Of a stretch of DNA of 32,646 nt, positions 1 through 10,552 are shown one piece after another. The notes beneath the pieces were generated by a model. The model saw nothing but the letters and a program-made list of their open reading frames with translations, was not told where the DNA came from and made no database searches. Numbering within the stretch: the stretch's first letter is position 1; the number at the start of each line of letters is the position of its first letter. The stretch covers positions 1 to 32,646 of the forward strand of contig LPNZ01009416.1 in assembly GCA_001655205.1 (NCBI GenBank), read 5' to 3'. The position numbers and the translations under genes are program-made. The DNA is from Lenisia limosa. Lineage: Eukaryota > Protista > Breviatea.

Positions 1-2957
1 GGCGCTCTTGGAGTAGCCGTCAGAAGAAAGGGCCATAATCAGGAAGTTGATGAACTCGGTAGTCACGTCTAAGGGTGTAGGAGTCAATATGCATCCATCC
101 CAGAACATATACTGACATGAGAATAAAATAAGGTTGTATCTGGCTGAAGCCGTCCACACCATCACGCTGATAAAAGATATTGGATTATCTAGTCAAATAT
201 CAATTCACCCAATAATTGGCCTTAGTCTGTCCTCCCAACATACCCATATCCAGGGTGGCGACGCTACGCTTGTCCGAGAACATTTGGCACAAGTTGCCAG
301 TAGCTACACCGCAACCCTAAAACGTTAGCCTGTCCATGAATTCCACTGCCCTCAAGCTAAACACAAAACAAACATCAATACACTACCATATCATGTCAAA
401 AATCAATATTCTTCGAAACGAAATGTGACACCCCCCCCCCCCCANNNNNNNNNNNNNNNNNNNNNNNNNNNNNNNNNNNNNNNNNNNNNNNNNNNNNNNN
501 NNNNNNNNNNNNNNNNNNNNNNNNNNNNNNNNNNNNNNNNNNNNNNNNNNNNNNNNNNNNNNNNNNNNNNNNNNNNNNNNNNNNNNNNNNNNNNNNNNNN
601 NNNNNNNNNNNNNNNNNNNNNNNNNNNNNNNNNNNNNNNNNNNNNNNNNNNNNNNNCAGTTTATATCATTGGGGGGAAATCCAATATTTCGATAAAAAAT
701 AAAGACAGGAGTCCCACCCACCTTGTCACTTGAAATGTCCAGGAATTGGTCTATGAGGACGGAGTAGGTCTGAAACGTCAGTAATACGAAGCCAAAAACA
801 ACACTTTCAACCGGGGTAATCCTAGCCCAGGGTTTAGCCCGCCCGCTCACTTCAAACCACAGTTTGAACACTTCAGGGTTGGTTGTCGATCCAATGGCGC
901 CTTAAAGGTGAGAAATTTAGGTCGAACAAACTACCACCATCAGAATATAGAAACTTGAATAACACAAAATGAAAAAAGAGAGCAATAATGATAATAAACT
1001 ATCCTCACATACCGGGCAGGTTGATCATGTTTCGCCACATGAAAGCGGCGACGTCATCATCAAGAACCAGGACGGGGGCTCGGCCGGACTCCACACTGCT
1101 GAGTCAGAACAACAAACACAACAGTAAGGCATCCACAACAAGAACGACAATACATATACACACATAGTGTATACGCATATACACGCACACGCACACACAC
1201 ACACAAATACAAATACCCCTCTCCTCACAATTTGAGCACAACTCCAGCAGTGCCAATAGGGGCTGAGTGAGTACTGTACATTATCTTGTGACAGTACCGC
1301 TGGACTCCCTCCACAGCAACACTCCACTTGCGGATAAGACTGTGCGCGTTAGGATGGATATAAAGGCGAGGGTGGTTATCCACATTAGTCCCAATTCTGA
1401 AGAAAAAGGCACACTCATCTCAGCTCCAGAAAAATCCAACTTGTAGACACACCAGTCATATCAAATGGAAACAGTGCCACAGTGTAATCCTCAACCCCTC
1501 GTTAATGAGGGCAAGGAAATAGTGTACGAAAACTCTAGACCCCCCACTTGGGCCTATGGACCCAGTGCGAGCACATTGCGTGGAATATGTTCCAAAGGTC
1601 AACGTCTGTACAACTGCTCGTGATCCACGCCTCGAAAAGGACCTACAACATCAGGAAGGCATGGTATAAAGGCCAGGGCATATCACGAAATGGGAGTTGA
1701 ATTGGACTTCCGCGTCATGCCTGGGTTCAATGCTCCGCCCACCCCCAAGAGCTCCTCCCAATCCATACCTCCAAAACAAGCTCCTCCAGGTTGGAGCCCA
1801 GGGTTGACGAAGACGACATTGGGACCCGGAGCAAATGGTCGGCAACGGCAGTGACAACCTACGGATGGTGGTGAAAAGATGAAAACGTATGTCACAAAAA
1901 AGAAAACCTGAAGAATAATTCCAGTGGGGGCTAGGCTCTAATAGCTCTACACCACAATTCTTTAAGAGAGTGTTAAAACAGCTTCCCTCGTAAATATTNN
2001 NNNNNNNNNNNNNNNNNNNNNNNNNNNNNNNNNNNNNNNNNNNNNNNNNNNNNNNNNNNNNNNNNNNNNNNNNNNNNNNNNNNNNNNNNNNNNNNNNNGG
2101 TATCTTAGATGAGTTCTGTGTACGTTAGTCAATTCAAGAAAACTAAAAAAAATGTAATCAATCGGGACAATTCCAAGATTGGAAATGAGCCGAAAACAAA
2201 ACAAACAAACAAGGACAAGGACACTTTCAACCACGACCAATCTTCATATCACAATCCGCAGCATTTCTTCAACACAGCCCTCGCAGCATACCTTCAAGAA
2301 GACCACCCAAGACTCCGCATCAAGAACACTGGTGGCTAAAGGCAATAAAAGAAGGAGACCGAACAAAGATACGAGAACACTACACCACTAATACCAACCG
2401 TTTTCCCTGATGAACTCCCTCCACGACTCCAGAACAAGCTTGCAGATGGTAGTGTGTCGGTCTGTGGACCCTGGCTTGGCTTCGAACGTGATTGACATAT
2501 GGCGGAAAAGGAACTACAGACAGTTAAACTGGGAACCAGCCGCCAAAGCAAAACGAAGCATCTGTCTATCCATTTCAAACCTGGTAGAATCCTTGTGCTG
2601 TTTCGGGGGAGGAGAGGGCAATGGGTTTGCTAGAAGACGGCTGGACTAGCCATCCTCGATAAATACCAATCACACTTTTGATTAACTCATAATCGTCAAT
2701 TGGAAGAGAATATGCTGTTCCTAAGGCCTCCAACGCCCATGAAAGGTGCACGGGAGTTGAAAGATGAGCTCTGGCAAGAATGGGATCTTGTAAATGGCTG
2801 GAAATAGCCTGGATAACAGATCTTCTAGCAGGAAGTGGGAAGTTTATGAGGATATCCGACGCTAAAACGGGTTAGAACCAAGGAATCTGCGAAATATGAA
2901 AAGCAAACTGGGATCCTTTGAAAGCAACTTGCATTTTGAGATATGGTCAAGAAACAT
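1..2957 (-). CDS. RALGAPB: Ral GTPase-activating protein beta subunit-like, N-terminal part (multi-exon; 3' part lies outside the window)
   Basis: Phase-consistent exons 2933-2957, 2581-2861, 2399-2513, 2292-2335 and further exons down to position 1 give MFLDHISKSSDILINFP...HLSWALEALGTAYSLPIDDYELIKSVIGIYRGW...FLFRHMSITF...AESWVVFLKVVTAVADHLL...LEELVLEVLFEAWITSSCTDVDLWNIFHAMCSHWVHRP...FKLWFETYSVLIDQFLDIS...GCGVATGNLCQMFSDKRS...EFINFLIMAL. These blocks are colinear with recalled RALGAPB segments (VKWTMEVICYGLTLPLD, VLFEVWL, ANWRHHP, GRAEACGTLCRIFCSKK). At least one exon is probably hidden in the 446-656 gap. Confidence 0.8.
117..242. repeat. Dispersed repeat family B copy (RalGAPB-like intron)
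   Basis: ATGAGAATAAAATAAGGTTGTATCTGGCTGAAGCCGTCCACACCAT...AATTCACCCAA; matches the copies at 4064, 14796 and 19938. Confidence 0.7.
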
Positions 2958-3309
2958 AACGTCAAACTACGTCTGTATTTCCTTGATCTGATTCCGAAGG
3001 GCAAAGCTCACACCATGGTGCGAACAAACCAACTACTTTCTACCTGCAATAACTTTTAAACAAACTTTTACAATACAAAACGAATCTGAAAAAAGGAACA
3101 AAGAATTCAAAATCTGCAAGAGCATCATTCCTCCCATCGATATTTTTCGAAATAAGATTTGAGCTTTTTAGCAGTAAAACTCAAAGAAAACCCTTTTCTC
3201 TACAAACTTGTTCATATAGTGCTCATTGCACGATTCAGAATTCTCCATATTGGCTACGCTGTTCTTTAGTTAACTTTCCTGGCCTGCGCAGTGCTCCCTT
3301 TGTCCAGCA
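2958..3309. promoter_or_regulatory. Putative bidirectional promoter between the divergent RalGAPB-like and RPAP3 genes
   Basis: Only 352 bp separate the two inferred start codons. The region is AT-rich. No specific element was identified; the call is inferred from gene geometry. Confidence 0.5.
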
Positions 3310-6300
3310 ATGAGTCCCAAAATGGACTCTTATCAGGCGCAGTTGAGGATCCGCGAAGAAGCCGAGCAAATGAACCGCGCTCGCGCTGAACTGATGGACT
3401 GGTAAGATTGTGTCTCTTCTCACTTTCTCTAGGGAGAATAAGACCAAGAAAATAGATAAGAAGCTCAGGAACAGCGCAGAAGAGATCCCTGTAAGCATTG
3501 CGAGTACCACCATTGTATTGCTATGCTATGGGCTGCCTTCGATTCCTTTTCTCGGTGCAATGATACCTCAGGACACTCCGCCTATTAGGGGAGCACAAGA
3601 CAACATGACTGTGCCCTTGAACCCCTCTCTAGACCAGGTGGGCAGGGGCTGGGTAACTGAAAACAATGGGGGGGTCGGTCTATTCAATGGGGGGGTCGGT
3701 CTATTCAATGAATTCAGGAATATTAACGGATTCAACGGATTATTGGGACATGAAGCATGTTTTAATTAAGGCAAGATGGTGGAAGGTGGGAATGGTTAAC
3801 ATAATATTCATCTTTAAACTCCTGCCGTGGTCTCAATGAATGTTATGTTTCACCATCTTAACGCTTTAGTCTAAAACCCCATCGTCATCACCAAAGCCCA
3901 AGCCCAAGGCAGCACCAGCTGTAGGCAAGGAATCTTTTTATCTACGTCTCTTCCTCTGAGTCGCTATTTCCTTCTCTCTCTAATAATATCCGACATCTCA
4001 AACAGCTGTATATTTGGAGACCAAAATGCAACCCCTTCCAATCGCTTTAATCGTCACTATAGAAATGAGAAATAAACAAGGGTGTATCTGGCCGAAGCCG
4101 TCCACACAGTATAATATAATATTAATTCTTAATACTTGCTTTCCTCACCCTCATCCCCAAGGCGAAGTCCGCCCCTAAGAAGCCATCCAAAGTTGAGCCC
4201 GCAGGCCACACCTACAGCAACTACGACAAGTGGAATAATTTTGATGTGGTGTGTCACCCGTTGTTTCTCCTGGGCTGATCTGTGGTTACGTGTCGTCTAG
4301 TAAATACTGTACACTATATGAGAGCTATATGAGAGCTATATGAGAGTTCTATAAGCCAGCTGTATCCAAGGATTGACTCTTTAGGATGCTGAATTGGAGG
4401 AAATTGAAGCTGATAAGCCGTGAGGGGGGTTGAATGGTTGGAATGGTAAATGATGCATTGACCGCGCAATGCATACATGGCACGGATATTGAGCTTAATC
4501 TTTAAGTGGCCACTGTATAATAACCCTGTAGAACTCCAAAGTCGAAGCCTGCCGCTAAGTCAAAAAAGAAAGTTGAAGTTGTGAGTGTGGGAGGCCCGTG
4601 TTGTTATACTCTCGTTATCACCGATCAGAGGCAATGTACCTTGTGGTTGGGGCTTTATGAGACATTACCTCAAGAAATACAAAGGGTCATCGTTTTTACA
4701 TTCAGTTGTACCCTTGATATGATGGTTTCAATAACCTGTACGATGTCAAGTAGAAAGAGCATCTCCCACTTTCATGTAAAGTCTCTCTGAGCATCTCCCA
4801 CTTCCATGGTACTCCATATTCACTGCGACTTTACTAACTTCCTCATATCAACTCTCTACCTCATATCGACAGCTAACTTCCTCATCAACTCTCTACCTCA
4901 TATCGACAGCTTACAAGCTCTCAAAGTATAACGACGCAGGTTGACGATGACATGCCACCGCCTCTTGAGGATCTTGACGCTTCGCAATGCAAGGTGTGCA
5001 TAGAACTTTTAACATTCTTGGGTTTTTGATTGTTTTATTTTTGATAATAATATGACTTATTCTCATTACTGCAGTATTTACTCCCCTTTAGGAGGCAGCC
5101 CTCATGCAGAAAATGAGAAGTAGTCACAACGCATTTGCTGACCTCACCTCCTTCGCGAACCCGGATAAAATCATCCCGAAGGTTGGGGTTCCGGGAGCTC
5201 CATTAACAATAAATATCAAAAAGAGTCTGTGCACTTGGGCTTATTATATCAAAACGAGACTGTGTACTTGGGCTTATTTATTTCTTTATGACCCTTACCC
5301 CAGACAGAAACTGCCAAAGTTAACCTCTAATACTACCATCGACATAATATGTATCAAAATGCGAAAGAGGTATCTTAACAAGTTATCTGAAGTGGTTTTC
5401 AAAAAAAAACTATATATCATACATGTATAGATATTGTGTAAAGAGGGGGGGGGGCAAAGAGCAAATATTTGCGTTTNNNNNNNNNNNNNNNNNNNNNNNN
5501 NNNNNNNNNNNNAGATTGAAACGCCTCCTCCGCCCAAGAAAACTGGGAAGCAGAAGGGCGCTGCATCGGAACAAAAGCCAGCCTCCCAACCAGCTAAACC
5601 CAAGATGGGCAAGGCCACGCAACAAGGTGTGCGGCAGACAAGCCTATCTCTTTCTAACCCAGGTCTAACAACTCAGGCGGAGCAGCAGCGGCAAAGAAGG
5701 CAACACCTAAGCCCCAAACCTCCAACAAGCCAGTTGAGGTAGGCCAAACACGTACAATGACCTCTTCCAACTGCTTTCTATTGTTGTTGCTTCAATTTTT
5801 CTTGAACCTTGTTGCTGTTTTTACGCTTTCTCCATTAACCGCCAGGTTGTTCAAGATGAAAATGACACATACTTAATGGAGGAATCCGTGAGTTGGATTA
5901 TTTAAATTGCTTTGTGTTTCCATACCACAAAAGGATGCAAATCGGAAAATCCCTGATAATAATATTGTTCCGGTCATTCTATAACGAAGCGGAATATCAT
6001 CAGAGTTGCAGAGTTGCGTATTTGAAAAAGAGCAACTCACTTTGTAATGTAGATGAAATGCAAAGAGCAAGGAAATGCTGCTTTCAAGAAGGGCGATTAC
6101 CAACTTGCAGTGCGCCACTACACCATGTGAGCTGGTGGTACTTGAGTCCATCATGTGTCTTTCCTCCCTACCCGGAGTGCGAGGGATGTGGGGTAGAAGC
6201 TTTTAACCGAAGGGCACCTTTTTTGCGTCTAAGATACTAACATTAGTTCATCCATTTTAATCCGATTCCAGCGGTATGATGGACTTGGGCCCCACAGCAG

Positions 6301-9300
6301 TCCTTCTAGGCAACCGTGCTATCGCCTACCTCAAATTGAAGAAGTTGGGATGTCGCTCCTTATAATACGTTATGACTATTTTCTAAGTATTAATTTCCAA
6401 TTTCCATATTTGACATATCAGGTACCAGTTCTGCCTTAATGATTGCAACGAGGCGCTGGGCCTTGATCCGGAGTACTCCAAGGTGGGTTTTATTGATCAG
6501 GATGAATTCATCCCCAGACATTGGTAAGAATCTTATAATCTGCTAACTACAATCTTACTTCTAACTCATAGTTTCATTCACTACTTACTTCACCTTGCCC
6601 CCNNNNNNNNNNNNNNNNNNNNNNNNNNNNNNNNNNNNNNNNNNNNNNNNNNNNNNNNNNNNNNNNNNNNNNNNNNNNNNNNNNAAGTCCTTCGTTCACA
6701 CCCCCCCCGCAGGTGTACGGCCGAAGGGGCCAGGCACTCATTGCTCTCGGTCAAACTGAGGAAGCAATCAAAGGTAGTGGAGGCTCTGATTTTATATCCT
6801 GCCAATAACGACCTAGATATGAATCGCATACGATTGATTATTTAGTTGTAGTGTGTGCATCAATTATTAATCCGATGCTTACTCATTTTTTAGACCTGCG
6901 CAAGGCGTTCGAGCTCAACCCCAAGGACAAGGTATATAGATACACTGTAAAAAATATATAATATTACACGTGTTTTATATTACACATGTTTGATATGAGT
7001 ATTATTATGTAACTCCATGAGTATTGTTATATTATGATGTGATAAGTTATATTACTATGTGTATTCAAAACAATAATACAACATTCCTTCGTTCACCCTC
7101 CCCCCCCCCCCCCCAGNNNNNNNNNNNNNNNNNNNNNNNNNNNNNNNNNNNNNNNNNNNNNNNNNNNNNNNNNNNNNNNNNNNNNNNNNNNNNNNNNNNN
7201 NNNNNNNNNNNNNNNNNNNNNNNNNNNNNNNNNNNNNNNNNNNNNNNNNNNNNNNNNNNNNNNNNNNGCGAACTCCCCACTGCCTCCGGGCCGGATTTCA
7301 AAACCGAAGTGGGGGGGGGGGGCTAACAATTCCCTGATGATTGGATGTACTATGTACTCCTGTATTTTATTTCTTTGTTTATCACGCTAATGAAGGGTAT
7401 GATGATTGTCAGTTTAGTCGTGTACTAACCAGCAGAACGTTTTGAAGAACATGGGCATCGGCAAAGGCCAGCCATCTAAGCCGCTGGTGCAGGAAGTCAA
7501 GCCCAAAGTGAGCGGTCAATGCTGTATAGTAGATTGTTTTTACAATTCGATAGCCAGGTCGGATTTGTTCATGGCCCTTTCTCGGATTGAATTTTGTCAT
7601 CTAACAAAAAAAACAGGTTCTTTACTTCTAAGACATTGTAGCTTTTTGTATTTCCTTCTTTACCATACTTCTAAGATATTGTAGCTATATGTGTTTCCTT
7701 CTTTATCATACTTCTAAACACATATCATATGGAGTCACCCAACGCTGTTTAGAAGAAGCCGACCAATGCGTCACCCTTCTTTGCTGAAAAGGGGCCCATG
7801 ATGAGCGAGGTCAAGACTACCAGGAAAGCCAAGTCTAAAACTGTGGGAGGAGTTGGAGTACATTTAAATGAAGAAAATACAGAAACTTAAAGGTGACAAA
7901 CCGTTTTTTACATTTTGAATAAAACTATTGACCAGATTTTGACATTTTCAGCCACCCCGTGTGAGAGCTTCTATTGCCGAAGTTTCGGATGATGAGGATG
8001 AAATGGTGAGCTGACCCGTCCTATGATTATTGAATACCTGTCCTCTATGATTATGCCCTTATTAAGCCGAAAGACTTGTCAGTCAAAAACTTACTCTAGT
8101 ATTGCTTCTCTTATTCCCCTAGCCAGTAGCTGTTAACACCAAAAAGACCGAGCCTCTCTTCCAACAACGTGAGTTCAGGGACGTATTCCAGGCAACTTTC
8201 AAGAAACCAAAAAAACCTTCTTTATTTTTCAATTTTCTGGAGTGCTTCCTTGAGTAATCATCTGTTCTCACTCTTTCACAATGTTGGCTCTTTTGAAGTG
8301 TTTTCCTTACACTGCTTTTTACCCTCCAGCTGCCACACCCATCAAAGCCTCTCAAATCCATGTAAGACTGATATGTGTACTTTTGTTGTTCTTATACGGC
8401 GCTACAACTAGATGGAGGACATACGGTGCTACAACTAGATGAAGATATACGGTGCTACAACTAGATGGAGGACGGTGTTGCCGGATTGATCTTCCCTTTC
8501 CTTTCCCACCTCGGTACATTTGACCGCATTTCAGCACACCTCCTCCTCCAGCCCCATGAGGAAGGTCAAGGTTGCCATCTGTTCCGACTCAGACTCCGAG
8601 CCCGAAGAAACTATTACGAGTGGGGGGGGGGACATTCAAATATGATGAATATTGATTTGCTAGATATTACTCTATCCATGTTCATTTTGTGATTTTCACT
8701 GAGCAGTCACCCCTGCCAAAACTGAGACCATTTCGAAGCCAAGCCCTGTCCAAGAGGTGGGTTGTTGTACCCTCACATCTTGTATGTAGTCTTCTTTGTA
8801 ATTGGTCTGCTAGTATGCGTGATCAATACTTTATACTGCAAGATACAATGTTTCTTATTCCGTATTCTCCAACCCCATTATTTGTTCGATTTGTGCTGCT
8901 GACACTGTTCACAACCCAGGCTGTCACCACTCCCGTCACTCCCTCCAAGGCCCCTGTCACTCCCTCCAAGACCCCTGTGACCCCCTCTAAGACCCATGTC
9001 ACTCCCTCTAAGGTTGGGCTCTTTCTAAACATTGCAAGGTTGTGCATTGGTATCCTTCATCTTGTGATCCTCCCTCCTTTATCTCCCAGTCATCTCCTCT
9101 GCTTCTTTCACCTTGTAACGTTCCAGCCTGCTGCAGCCCCTGCAACACCCTGCACCCCCTCCCTCGGTTCTGATGATGGTGAGCAGTCTCCGAATAGCTT
9201 ATAATACGGGTCACTATTCATGGTGCATTGATAGGATATATCAGCCGATATGATACAGTATTTCAAACCGCTAGTATGCCCCCGCTTTGATTGTTTTTTT

Positions 9301-10373
9301 CTTTCAGGCATATCCAATCCTCTCTTACGCCAAGCAAAAAAATCGACATTGTTTTTTATTATTATTTCATTCCTCATTTAACTCCCCATAGATTCCGAGT
9401 TGATTTTCAACAAGATCAATTCCAAGGGAAGCGTACCCGAAATTCCTGATCACCTTCCGCAGGTATGGCAATTAAAGAACGTTTTTTTGCTGGCAAGCTT
9501 GCCATACTATTTGAAGGTGGACATATCAAACACAACCCAGGAACTTGCTATTATCGCGCATGGTATTCTTCAATCGTTTTACGGAACACATATGCTTGCG
9601 TAGATAATTAAGTGAAACAATACAACAACCCCAAAACCGAGCGTTTCCCCTTATTGCCTTAAACGCTTCAGATCCAGAACGCTAGCCAACTGGAGCTTGC
9701 CTGGAATCACCCCATTCTGCGTCCCTTAGCGCTGGAGGTTTCTGGGACTTTCACCTGAAGTGTTTGTCTTCTCCCAATGATTTATCTCTTTCCCTTCTTT
9801 CTCTCACTACCATCTCACCACTTAGGCCTTATCATACCCCAAACTGGCCCCCATTTTTGGCACCACCTTGTCGCCCAAGTTCATTGCTGAAGCTGCGGAG
9901 TCAATTCTGAGCACCAAGTGGGGAGAGGGGGGCTATTAGAGTTTTATCTAAAGCGTGGGGAAACTTAAAAAGACCCCCATCTGTCTCTTTATCCCCATAA
10001 TATACCCTCCCCCAAGATAGCCCTAACCGTTGGAACAACTTAATCCCTCCAAAGCCCCACTCAACTCCTCAGAATGTCGCGGTACCGTGCAGTCCACTTC
10101 TTCACCGAACTCTGCACTGTCGGACGCTTCAACATGCAGGCCACCTTTATGAAGAAGCCGGCCAAGGAAGGTTGGCCATCCACGGTGTTAAAAGTAAAAT
10201 GGGCTTTTTAAAAAAACGTGGTACGGCTTCCGCCAGAAAGTCTCACTCACTTATTTCTCATTTATTGCATGTAATTTGACCTTTTAGTGGTCTCCATGGC
10301 CTTCGACTACATTGCCACTGACGACTCTCTGGTTGGAGAGGTCAATGCACTGAGGAAGAAGTATAAGGTCTAA
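3310..10373 (+). CDS. RPAP3: RNA polymerase II-associated protein 3 (R2TP/PAQosome HSP90 co-chaperone), about 30+ exons
   Basis: The N-terminal helix reads MSPKMDSYQAQLRIREEAEQMNRARAELMDWENKTKKIDKKLR, followed by YDKWNNFDV. A TPR triad at 6053-6931 reads KEQGNAAFKKGDYQLAVRHYT/LLGNRAIAYLKLKKYQFCLNDCNEALGLDPEYSKVYGRRGQALIALGQTEEAIKDLRKAFELNPKD. A C-terminal RPAP3_C-like domain at about 9390-10373 reads IQNASQLELAW...YPKLAPIFGTTLSPKFI...FFTELCTVGRFNMQATFMKKPAKEVVSMAF...EVNALRKKYKV*. GT-AG boundaries keep the frame. Confidence 0.85.
4064..4128. repeat. Dispersed repeat family B, truncated copy (RPAP3 intron)
   Basis: AATGAGAAATAAACAAGGGTGTATCTGGCCGAAGCCGTCCACAC core. Confidence 0.7.
8920..9012 (+). 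repeat. Coding 21-bp tandem repeat exon encoding (x-P/H-VTPSK)x4 in RPAP3
   Basis: The exon translates to AVTTPVTPSKAPVTPSKTPVTPSKTHVTPSK and is flanked by CAG/GT. Confidence 0.85.
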
Positions 10374-10552
10374 GCATGGTAATGTAATATACGTTAGTTG
10401 TACACTATTTAGCGGCTGAGGATGGTAAAAAGCTTTGAGAGTTCAGATGGAAGAATATTGGGGGAGTGGGGGACAGCTTCTGGACGCGGGGACAGGGCAG
10501 ATCGTCCGGTTTACCCCCTCGCCCACCAAAGAGGGTCGGTCGTCTGTGTTGG

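Noticed and set aside
1025-1327. Cys-rich 100-aa ORF (VCVCACACICV)
   Set aside because: It is a translation of an intronic CA/GCAC microsatellite. The true RalGAPB-like exons here use other frames.
2109-2391. Plus-strand ORFs of 70-76 aa
   Set aside because: They are antisense to a RalGAPB-like exon and intron and show no recognisable homology.
3662-4350. Short intronic tandem repeats (about 22 bp x2 at 3664-3710; 11 bp x3 at 4314-4346)
   Set aside because: They are ordinary mid-intron slippage repeats that do not touch splice sites. They also show that not every duplication is boundary-linked.
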